From contig NZ_KE384530.1 in assembly GCF_000426485.1 (NCBI RefSeq), forward strand, positions 136,829-168,828: a DNA stretch of 32,000 nt. Direction: 5' to 3'. The stretch is from Dysgonomonas capnocytophagoides DSM 22835 (GTDB taxonomy: Bacteria; Bacteroidota; Bacteroidia; Bacteroidales; Dysgonomonadaceae). Shown piece after piece: positions 1 to 7,292 of the stretch (position 1 is the first letter of the stretch; each line of letters starts with the position of its first letter). The translations under genes and the position numbers were made by a program. Under the pieces are notes generated by a model. The model was not told the DNA's origin. It saw nothing but the letters and a program-made list of their open reading frames with translations, and searched no databases.

Positions 1-237
1 CGTGGCATGACGTTCGAATGCCAAACGTGCATCAGTAGGAGACATGCCCTTACCGTTGTCAATAACTTGTATGAGAGTACGCCCTGCGTCTTTGATAATA
101 AGCTGTATGCTGGTCGCTCCTGCGTCGATGGCATTTTCGAGAAGTTCTTTAACAACAGATGCCGGACGCTGAACGACTTCTCCTGCTGCTATCTGGTTTG
201 CTATCGAATCGGGCAGAAGGTGTATAATATCATTCAT
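1..237 (-). CDS. mutL: DNA mismatch repair protein MutL, N-terminal fragment (gene runs off the left edge)
   Basis: Absent from the ORF track because no stop lies inside the window. The reverse complement from the ATG at 237..235 reads [79 protein letters not shown], the canonical MutL GHKL-ATPase N-terminus. The + strand ORF 7..384 is its antisense shadow. Confidence 0.9.
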   Translation of the reverse strand, partial: MNDIIHLLPDSIANQIAAGEVVQRPASVVKELLENAIDAGATSIQLIIKDAGRTLIQVIDNGKGMSPTDARLAFERHAT

Positions 238-346
238 TGTTGCTGTTGTTTATATAAGTCGCAGCACCATTTTAATGTCATACTTTTCAGACACAATAAA
301 AGCGGCTGTTTACTTTATAAGTTAATAAGAAGGCTTATCTTAAAAT

Positions 347-2032
347 TTATTGAGAGACCGGAGGTGGGGTTGTCGTGGTCGTAGTACGGTTGGATCGCCG
401 TTTGCTTGAATCCCATCCGGCTTTTCGCTGTACTTTACGGAAGACATCATCCCTGTTCAACGGTCTTATATAGTCATACCATTGAAAATCGGTAAGTTTA
501 CCTAACTCGGGTTTCAGATCGGCTAGGGGAGTCATTTTTCCTGTAGCCTTCGGCCAGAGTTTTATCTTTTGTATCTTCTTATCTTCAAAATCCATAGATA
601 GAAAACTGCTCTCAGTCTGATTCATGCCCATCATCGACTTGTCCTTTTCTTCGGGATAGAAGATCGATTCGGCATTACCCGACACCAATATATGCTTTAT
701 ACTCTTATTCTCGAAATAAGCCTTCAGGTCACGCCCTTTAACCTGATTGTAGTGGATAGAGTCTTTATCTTCTATCGCAAAAGCATTAGGCCATATATGA
801 GTCCAATCTATTGTACTGTCGTTGAAGAATACTTGTATAGTATCACCTAATATCTGGTGGTTTTCATTCCATAAAATAGGGTTCTGATACATGTACAAGG
901 TCGAATCTTTCGTGTTGAATTGAAGAGAATCGCATACACCTTGTAAGTCACTTCTGTAAAAACGAGCTCCTTTGTAAGCTTTCATTTCCCTGTATATCGA
1001 ATCTGTTATCAGTTCAAGAGAATCTGCATGAAGGAACAAGCTGTCGGCTTGCGAATATTCGATCGCAAGTGCCGAATCTGTTGCCATTGCATAATTGGTT
1101 CTCTCGTTATAAAGTCCGTAATGACCGGTGAGAATAACCTTTTTGGTAGTATCCTGCAAATGCATATTGCCGAATACCTCACCGTATCCTTCTTTTTTAT
1201 GATAAAATATTGAATCTCCGGTAAGAGTCCGGTCTCCTTCTTTATTGATAATGCGTGATTGATCGAGTAACAACGACTGCTCGGTACTGGTATTATACCA
1301 TCCTTTGGTTGAATAGATCGTTGCACTGTCCGATTCGATACGTGTTGGACCTACTATTGTCGATATTTTGCTTTGGGTGTCATATAGTAGGGTGTCAGTG
1401 TACATCACAAACTTAGGATTTGTCAGACGGGCACTGTCTCTGAATAGTGCCATGTGTTTACCGGGTTCGTATTGTCCCCAGTAGGAAGTGAGTTCATTGA
1501 GTGAATCAACAAGCATTCCTCCGTCGAAATAATAGCCGATATTGCCTACACGATCATAATCTAAACTATCCGTGAAGAGGGTTACATCCTTATTTACCAG
1601 ACGAACATTCTTCCGTACTTTAAGCAGTTTAATATCCCCTTCGTATTCGAGGTAGCTCCCGTATAGGAAAAGTGTATCGCCTTGTACAACCTGTACTGTT
1701 CCGAATGCTTCGAAACGGTTTGCGGCTTCGTCCAGATATGCACTATCACAATACATGACAATACCGTCGTGATATAAGATAACACTATCTTTGAGTATTT
1801 GCGGCTCGAAACCTATCCTGCGGTCAAGAAACAGAGCTTTCCTTATCTCTATCACCTTTTTCCCTCCTTTGGCAGGGTGAGCCTTTGGTGCTTGTGTTGT
1901 CATCGGAGGTTTTTGCTGCGTTTTTTGCTGAACCCAGGCTTGTGCTGAACCATATATAACAAGCAGGCACAAAATAGCTGCTATATGCATTTTGCGCCTG
2001 TTGTTTATAAATTGTTTTATGTACTTATTCAT
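347..2032 (-). CDS. OstA/LptD N-terminal-like domain periplasmic protein (LPS transport related)
   Basis: 561-aa ORF with a signal peptide (..MHIAAILCLLVIYGSAQA). The body is a long run of degenerate beta-strand repeats, as in OstA/LptA-like jellyroll proteins. Its position between mutL and the SurA-type genes matches the usual Bacteroidales arrangement, from memory. The true start could be the internal ATG at 1990. Confidence 0.7.
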   Translation of the reverse strand: MNKYIKQFINNRRKMHIAAILCLLVIYGSAQAWVQQKTQQKPPMTTQAPKAHPAKGGKKVIEIRKALFLDRRIGFEPQILKDSVILYHDGIVMYCDSAYLDEAANRFEAFGTVQVVQGDTLFLYGSYLEYEGDIKLLKVRKNVRLVNKDVTLFTDSLDYDRVGNIGYYFDGGMLVDSLNELTSYWGQYEPGKHMALFRDSARLTNPKFVMYTDTLLYDTQSKISTIVGPTRIESDSATIYSTKGWYNTSTEQSLLLDQSRIINKEGDRTLTGDSIFYHKKEGYGEVFGNMHLQDTTKKVILTGHYGLYNERTNYAMATDSALAIEYSQADSLFLHADSLELITDSIYREMKAYKGARFYRSDLQGVCDSLQFNTKDSTLYMYQNPILWNENHQILGDTIQVFFNDSTIDWTHIWPNAFAIEDKDSIHYNQVKGRDLKAYFENKSIKHILVSGNAESIFYPEEKDKSMMGMNQTESSFLSMDFEDKKIQKIKLWPKATGKMTPLADLKPELGKLTDFQWYDYIRPLNRDDVFRKVQRKAGWDSSKRRSNRTTTTTTPPPVSQ

Positions 2033-2036
2033 TGTA

Positions 2037-2049
2037 AAGGCCTCAGACC
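2037..2049. repeat. Palindromic element copy: AAGGCCTCAGACC
   Basis: A member of the AAGGYCKCAGACC family. It lies 4 nt upstream of the ATG at 2032 (minus-strand gene). Confidence 0.6.
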
Positions 2050-2069
2050 GTAGTGTAATTATCTATATA

Positions 2070-2077
2070 CAAATATA
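2070..2077 (-). promoter_or_regulatory. -7 box TATATTTG, candidate promoter of the OstA-like gene
   Basis: It matches exactly on the minus strand, 37 nt upstream of ATG 2032. Confidence 0.45.
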
Positions 2078-2145
2078 GCTGAAATACTCCGTTCGGACAG
2101 AAAAATATCCATTAAAAGTAATCTCTCTATAAGATCGAGAATATC

Positions 2146-3525
2146 TTACTTGTTGTTTTTGATCCATCCGGAATGTTGGAAATCACAGTTTTTCCAATCA
2201 TCGTCAATCCTCACATAAGTAGTCTTGATTTTGTCCTGTACCCATTTTTTCAAAACCTCTTCTCTCTTTTTTCCTTCGACTATGGATTTCATTACCTGAT
2301 AGTCGTCAGATAAATTGGCCTTATGAGAATTTACACGTTGACGAACTTTTACAATTGCAACAGTTTGCTTACCGTTGCTTCCGATCATAGTGAATGGTTT
2401 TGACAGTTCTCCTACCTGAAGTTTATCTACAGATTTCGCTACCTCCTGAGGCAGGTCTTCCATTCTGAAACGTGATGTTCCCGAATAATTACTGTATTCG
2501 TTTTTGTTGACCATCAACCCTTTGTTGTTGCGGGTGTCTTTATCTGCGGAAATGTATGATGCAGCTTCTTCAAATGTAAATTTCTTAGCATTTAAATCTA
2601 TAACCAAAGAATCCATTCTTGCAGAAGTTTTCGCTAATTCTTCGGCAGGTATAGTTGGCTTAAGAAGAATATGACGGACATTGACGCGGTCTCCTCTTTT
2701 TTCTATGAGTTGTATTATGTGATATCCATACTCAGATTCAATAACATTTGAAACTTTGCTGGGGTCGTTCAATGAGAATGCCGCATTGGCAAATTCGGGT
2801 ACAAGCTGTGCTCTACCCATAAAACCTAGTTCACCTCCTCTTTTAGCCGATTCTGTATCTTCTGAATATAGTAGAGCCAGAGTCGAGAAGTCTGTTTCTT
2901 TGCGGTTTACACGATCGGTAAAGTCTCTCAGTTTATTTTTTACAGCGTCGATTTCCGCCTGTGGAACTTTCGGATTCATTGTGATGATCTCAATTTCGAC
3001 TGTTGTCGGGATGAACGGTAAACTATCCTGAGGAAGGTCTGTATAATAGTTACGTATTTCGGAAGGTGTAAGCTTTATATGTCCTACAATGTTCTGCTGA
3101 ACTTTGTTTACTATTTCATTATCACGAACCTGTTCTCTCCACTCTTCACGCAGTTGCGAAATGGTTTTACCTAAATATTCTTCCAGTTTTTCTTGAGAAC
3201 CAAGAGATGCTATTGCATTGCTGATACGTCTGTCCACAGTACGGCTGACAGTAGAGTTTTCGACATCGATACTATCAACTTTTGCTTGGTGGAGGAATAA
3301 TTTTTGTACAGCTAATTGTTCGGGTATCAAACAATAAGGATCTCCGTCGAAATGTTCTTTTTCTAATTGCATTTGCAGTCTTACGGCTTCTACATCCGAT
3401 TTGAGTATAGCTTCGTCTCCGACTACCCACACTATCTGGTCGATAACATTGTCTTGCGCGTTTGCACTAAATAGTATCGTGCAGAACAAACTGATGAAAA
3501 ATACGGTTTTCTTAAGAACGGTCAT
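2146..3525 (-). CDS. SurA-like periplasmic chaperone / parvulin-type peptidyl-prolyl cis-trans isomerase
   Basis: 459 aa with a signal peptide. It carries the parvulin signature GGELGFMGRAQLVPEFANAAF..YGYHIIQL plus a SurA-like N-terminal chaperone region. Confidence 0.85.
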   Translation of the reverse strand: MTVLKKTVFFISLFCTILFSANAQDNVIDQIVWVVGDEAILKSDVEAVRLQMQLEKEHFDGDPYCLIPEQLAVQKLFLHQAKVDSIDVENSTVSRTVDRRISNAIASLGSQEKLEEYLGKTISQLREEWREQVRDNEIVNKVQQNIVGHIKLTPSEIRNYYTDLPQDSLPFIPTTVEIEIITMNPKVPQAEIDAVKNKLRDFTDRVNRKETDFSTLALLYSEDTESAKRGGELGFMGRAQLVPEFANAAFSLNDPSKVSNVIESEYGYHIIQLIEKRGDRVNVRHILLKPTIPAEELAKTSARMDSLVIDLNAKKFTFEEAASYISADKDTRNNKGLMVNKNEYSNYSGTSRFRMEDLPQEVAKSVDKLQVGELSKPFTMIGSNGKQTVAIVKVRQRVNSHKANLSDDYQVMKSIVEGKKREEVLKKWVQDKIKTTYVRIDDDWKNCDFQHSGWIKNNK

Positions 3526-3552
3526 TATGTATTTTATTAAGTAAAAGCTAGT

Positions 3553-3570
3553 AAGGTCTCAGACCTTTTT
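3553..3570. repeat. Palindromic element copy: AAGGTCTCAGACCTTTTT
   Basis: A perfect 15-bp palindrome AAGGTCT-C-AGACCTT plus a T-run. It lies 27 nt upstream of the ATG at 3525 (minus-strand gene). Confidence 0.65.
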
Positions 3571-3682
3571 ATTCTATGTCATGAGACATTTCTCGCGATT
3601 TGGCAAAGTAACAAAAAAGTCAAAAAACCAAAAGTGGCGTAAATATAGTAATAATCGAAAGAATTTATATTTTGAATATATT

Positions 3683-3714
3683 AAAAGAAGTTATTAATAT
3701 TTCATACTTCTTTA
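3683..3714 (-). terminator. Possible intrinsic terminator after the 301-aa chaperone-like gene
   Basis: An 8-bp AT-rich stem AAAGAAGT/ACTTCTTT has a 14-nt loop. On the minus strand it is followed by TTTTAATAT. This hairpin is weak. Confidence 0.4.
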
Positions 3715-3765
3715 AGGTATAAGGCCTTTTTGATATTTTAGAAGCACATCGGAAAAAGAAAATCG

Positions 3766-4671
3766 TTATTTTTTCTTCTGGGCTGTATTTTCTTCTTTGT
3801 AATATTTTATTTGTTTTTTGTTCTCTGCCGACTGTAAAAGATCTGCTTCAAATGTTTTTAAAAAGGTCTCCCTGTTTTTGTTAATTAGAATATCAGTGAT
3901 CTCCGATTTTGAGTATTCGTAAGGGGCCTTAGAGCCGGCGAGGGCATATTCTTCGATATGCAGAAAATATACATACAGAGAATCTTGTGTTTCGTAATTC
4001 TTATTATTTTTGACAAATTGGCTTTGGTCGCTGATAGATACCGGTATGTTGGAGGCTATGTCGTCGAAGTTGACCCATTTATCATAAAAATAATCATAAA
4101 TAACGGCATTTTGCAATGAGGCTTTTTCTATTTTTTCTTTTGCAGCATCTGTATTCGACTGATACCATTGTCTGAAATTTTTAACTTCGGACGAAGACTG
4201 CGGTATTTTAAGAAATAAGCCTTTGACTAAACATGATTGCAGTTCGAAACTTTCGGGATGTTTGTCATAATAGTCTTTCATCTCGGTTTCGGTTATCTTT
4301 TTCGACAATTCTTCTTTCAGCAGCTGCTCCAGATAAGTGAATGTGGTTAATGACTGTCGGTAATTTTCAACCATTTCGTCAATACTTTGCTGATCAGTAA
4401 CGTTTTGTTTTGCTTTTTCATAAATGAGTTCGTCTTTTATCCACATTTTTATGTATGCGTCCGCAGCCTGAGTACTGTCTGCCGCACTCAATCCCGATGG
4501 TATTGCATTATTCAGATCGGCAAGATACAAGGTCTTTCCATTGACAGAAACTATCGGCGAATCGTCTTTATTCGGCGCTGCACTTTCTTTGTCGGAACAA
4601 CTCATCAAGATTGAGATTGAAGCGAAATATATGACGGCCTTTTTTAGGGAGCCAGAGATTGATTGAGTCAT
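3766..4671 (-). CDS. SurA N-terminal-domain-like chaperone lipoprotein (no intact rotamase motif seen)
   Basis: 301 aa with a signal peptide and lipobox-like ILMSC. The region YIKMWIKDELIYEKAKQ resembles the SurA/PpiD N-domain. The start overlaps the upstream gene's stop (ATGA at 4668-4671), implying translational coupling. Confidence 0.6.
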   Translation of the reverse strand: MTQSISGSLKKAVIYFASISILMSCSDKESAAPNKDDSPIVSVNGKTLYLADLNNAIPSGLSAADSTQAADAYIKMWIKDELIYEKAKQNVTDQQSIDEMVENYRQSLTTFTYLEQLLKEELSKKITETEMKDYYDKHPESFELQSCLVKGLFLKIPQSSSEVKNFRQWYQSNTDAAKEKIEKASLQNAVIYDYFYDKWVNFDDIASNIPVSISDQSQFVKNNKNYETQDSLYVYFLHIEEYALAGSKAPYEYSKSEITDILINKNRETFLKTFEADLLQSAENKKQIKYYKEENTAQKKK

Positions 4672-6638
4672 TGCTGATATTTTTGAGTCAGGCGTTTCAA
4701 GGCCTCGTTATTTACTACTACTTTATGTTTTTTGATAATATATTCTGTCCATTGTTTTTCCAATGCGTCCTGATAATCCTGAATCACAAGCCCTTTTACA
4801 TCTTCGAATGTCTGGGGTTGATCCAACATTTTTCCGTGTATGAAGAAGAACGGATAGCCAACTACTTCTTTCTTTATCTCGGTCTTATAAAGAGTATTAT
4901 CTACAAAATCATTTTCGCCTTTAGCCCAAATACCCTTTTCGATATATAAAGGTTTGATGGAATCGTTGCTGAAACTCTTGGTGAGTATCTGTATAAAGTT
5001 ATCCTGAGAACCGTATTCATTTTGTATAGCTAACGCCTTGTCAAAAGCAGCACGGTCTTTTAGGTATATAACATATCCTTTGTATTTCGGTTCTGTCCAT
5101 GTGTACTTATTTCTGTTTCGGTCGAAAGTTTTGGTCAAGCCTTCGGTGTCTATAGATGCCTTAGTCCATATCTCTTTATCCATAACGGTAAACAGTAATA
5201 TACCGTCATAATACTCCTGCAAAAGATGTTTTAACTCGGGTGTATCATCTATGATTCTTTTTTCATTTACTTCTGTTAATTTGTTTAGGACAAATCCATC
5301 CAGTTTTTCATAAACTATATCGGTAGATAATGTCGACTTTGCAGATAAATTATTGAAAATATAATCAATGAAATCCGAAACGTTATGCTCTGTATTTCTG
5401 ATTGTTACTAGTTTTTTGTTATATAAATCAGGTAAATTTTTGAAGAACAAACTATCCGAAGCATGATGTGTATCGGCTATGTCAAGTATGCTTCTCAACA
5501 CCTTGCTGTTGATGGCATATGGATATTTTTGTGATAATCTTTTTAATTTCAGAGATTCTATGTCTCCATTACGATTGTGTTTCTCCATTTCGCTAATCAG
5601 ATCGGGTTTGATCTCAGGCCAAGGATCGAGATGTACTTTTCCTATCAGCTTAAATATATGAAAACCGTAATCGAATTCGATCGGACGGGTATAGTCTTTA
5701 AGTTTTTTCAGGCTGTAAAATATCGAGTCGAATTGGGGTATAAGATTACTTCTTGTGCTAAACCATCCTAAATCGCCTCCTTTCGGAGCGGTTGCCCTGT
5801 CTGCCGAGATTGCCTGACAAATCCCTTCGAATGGTTGATTGTCATCCAAATCGGTTATAACCCTCTGCGAAAGGCTTCTTACGCTGTCTTTTTCGGCTTG
5901 TGTGGCATTCTCGGGATATAGGAACAAGATGTGGGCTATGCGTACTTCGCCTCTGTCGGGTCTTTTGCGATATGTTTTTACCAGATAATAGCCGGTATTA
6001 GTTCTTATTGGTTCGGATAAACTGCCTGTGGGTGTATTGTAAATGGCGTCTTCCAATATTTGGGGAGAAGTAAGCGCAGTTGCCCAGACTATATCTTTTT
6101 CAGCAGGAGATTCTGGAGCCGGATACAGGCGGGCTGTTTTTCGGTATTCACTATCGGGTGCATTGATGATTGATGCTCTTATTTCTTTAATTTTATTATA
6201 TGCCGCCAAAGTATCTTTTGGGAACAATTTGTCTGAAGTAAACGGAATATAGATTTTACTTACTTCAACATTATATTGCAGGCGGTCGTATACCAGCTTA
6301 GCTGCAGTTTCTGCGGATGCGGTATCGTTGATATATTTATTTTTGGTTGATTCTGCATATTTGTTATACTCCGAAACAAATACAGGATCTTTGTCGAGAC
6401 CTGACGCTTCGGCTTCGGCGACCTTGATTTTAAGGAGGCTAAACGATTTTAGAAAATCGGGTATCGTTACCGGAGGTTGTATGTTGTTTTTTCGGTCTTT
6501 GAGGTAAGCGTATTCAAAGTCTTCAACAGAGACTGTTTTTTTGTCTATTTTGAATAGATAGTCGTCAGTCTTCTGAGCAAATACCCCGACTGTCATAAAT
6601 AGGAAAAGAAAAAGACCTGAGATTTTCAGTTTATTCAT
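4668..6638 (-). CDS. PpiC/parvulin-type peptidyl-prolyl cis-trans isomerase (PpiD/SurA family)
   Basis: 656 aa with a signal peptide (FLFLFMTVGVFAQ). The parvulin signature is GGDLGWFSTRSNLIPQFDSIFYSL..YGFHIFKL. Confidence 0.8.
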   Translation of the reverse strand: MNKLKISGLFLFLFMTVGVFAQKTDDYLFKIDKKTVSVEDFEYAYLKDRKNNIQPPVTIPDFLKSFSLLKIKVAEAEASGLDKDPVFVSEYNKYAESTKNKYINDTASAETAAKLVYDRLQYNVEVSKIYIPFTSDKLFPKDTLAAYNKIKEIRASIINAPDSEYRKTARLYPAPESPAEKDIVWATALTSPQILEDAIYNTPTGSLSEPIRTNTGYYLVKTYRKRPDRGEVRIAHILFLYPENATQAEKDSVRSLSQRVITDLDDNQPFEGICQAISADRATAPKGGDLGWFSTRSNLIPQFDSIFYSLKKLKDYTRPIEFDYGFHIFKLIGKVHLDPWPEIKPDLISEMEKHNRNGDIESLKLKRLSQKYPYAINSKVLRSILDIADTHHASDSLFFKNLPDLYNKKLVTIRNTEHNVSDFIDYIFNNLSAKSTLSTDIVYEKLDGFVLNKLTEVNEKRIIDDTPELKHLLQEYYDGILLFTVMDKEIWTKASIDTEGLTKTFDRNRNKYTWTEPKYKGYVIYLKDRAAFDKALAIQNEYGSQDNFIQILTKSFSNDSIKPLYIEKGIWAKGENDFVDNTLYKTEIKKEVVGYPFFFIHGKMLDQPQTFEDVKGLVIQDYQDALEKQWTEYIIKKHKVVVNNEALKRLTQKYQQ

Positions 6639-6669
6639 GATTAAGTGTGATAATTTGATAAGCCAATTT

Positions 6670-6683
6670 AAGGTCTCAGACCT
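6670..6683. repeat. Palindromic element copy: AAGGTCTCAGACCT
   Basis: It lies 31 nt upstream of the ATG at 6638 (minus-strand gene). Confidence 0.65.
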
Positions 6684-6799
6684 ATTTGCCTCATCTTCGC
6701 TTCGGCAATTGTTAATTATTGGCTTAATAAGTGTAAATACGATAGATAGTCATCGCTTTTGGATGTGTCATTGAATACTATCTGTTACTTATTGTATTG

Positions 6800-6807
6800 C
6801 AAATATA
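6800..6807 (-). promoter_or_regulatory. -7 box TATATTTG (followed by CAATAC), candidate promoter of the chaperone operon
   Basis: It matches exactly on the minus strand, about 160 nt upstream of ATG 6638. Confidence 0.4.
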
Positions 6808-7091
6808 TGAAGTTTTTCCGAAACTGGAGTCTGACAGGCCGAAACCGAATTCTGTATGGACTGAGGGTGTATTGCATACTTTTGATAATGGACACACAAG
6901 TATATAAAGTATGGAATAACAGCTAAAAGAAAATATCTTTTTTGTTCAGGGGTACAGATCCTTTTATTCGTTTTTTATCTATAGGGAAAGTGACCTTTGG
7001 GAGCAGGCTCTCTTGTTAAAAAAGGTTCTTTGAATAGCCGGAGAAATCTGAGAAAAGGGAAAAGTTGGCACCTCAGAAAGTACATTCTTGT

Positions 7092-7109
7092 TGTAACCTT
7101 TGTTACCTT
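7092..7109 (+). promoter_or_regulatory. Tandem 9-mer box A (TGTAACCTT TGTTACCTT), distal promoter-like module upstream of the MATE gene
   Basis: It is a direct tandem of the 9-mer TGTNACYTT and contains TACCTTTT, one mismatch from the Bacteroidetes -7 consensus TAnnTTTG. It is nearly identical to the box at 14829..14812 on the minus strand. Confidence 0.45.
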
Positions 7110-7216
7110 TTCGGAAAAGAACCACGAACCCCTAAAGGGGATTTTCGGGTGGTGGCTAAATCCCTTTTAAGAGACAGAGGGGCAAAAAGCATCATCCGAA
7201 AAGTGAGTGTAAAGTG

Positions 7217-7234
7217 TGTTACTTTTGTAACCTT
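7217..7234 (+). promoter_or_regulatory. Tandem 9-mer box B (TGTTACTTT TGTAACCTT) containing an exact -7 box TACTTTTG (7220-7227)
   Basis: It matches TAnnTTTG exactly, 65 nt upstream of the MATE ATG. It is nearly identical to the box at 14721..14704 on the minus strand. Confidence 0.5.
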
Positions 7235-7279
7235 TTTGATGTTGCTTGAAATTGTTAATTGATGACTGATTTTTCTAAT

Positions 7280-7287
7280 TACCTTTG
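7280..7287 (+). promoter_or_regulatory. -7 box TACCTTTG only 5 nt upstream of the MATE ATG
   Basis: It matches TAnnTTTG exactly. The position implies a leaderless or near-leaderless transcript if the box is used. Confidence 0.35.
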
Positions 7288-7292
7288 TCCGT

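Noticed and set aside
7-384. 125-aa + strand ORF at the left edge
   Set aside because: It is the antisense shadow of the mutL N-terminus (1-237, minus), which has an unmistakable MutL signature. Its own composition is Cys-rich and does not look like protein.
1009-1785. Small ORFs 1009..1326 (-), 1028..1213 (+) and 1594..1785 (-) inside the OstA-like gene
   Set aside because: They are alternative-frame or antisense ORFs nested in a long, well-supported CDS. They have no start-site signals and atypical composition.
3555-3565. GGTCTC / GAGACC (BsaI sites) inside the palindromic repeats, raising the idea of a synthetic cloning scar
   Set aside because: The copies vary naturally (GGTCGC, GGCCTC), sit in normal promoter and leader contexts, and carry no other vector-like sequence. 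The restriction-site match is a by-product of the palindrome.
6807-6926. 39-codon ORF MKFFRNWSLTGRNRILYGLRVYCILLIMDTQVYKVWNNS
   Set aside because: Its ATG overlaps the minus-strand -7 box. It has no + strand promoter box or SD, and I recognise no family. It cannot be supported from sequence alone.
7066-7081. TGGCAC resembling a sigma-54 -24 element
   Set aside because: The -12 element is missing: the sequence AAAGT stands where TTGCW should be after N5.
7121-7135. GGTTCG-like segment (minus strand AGGGGTTCGTGG) suggesting a tRNA T-arm
   Set aside because: No T-loop consensus (GTTCRANYC), acceptor stem or anticodon arm can be drawn. It is part of the hairpin described in the findings.
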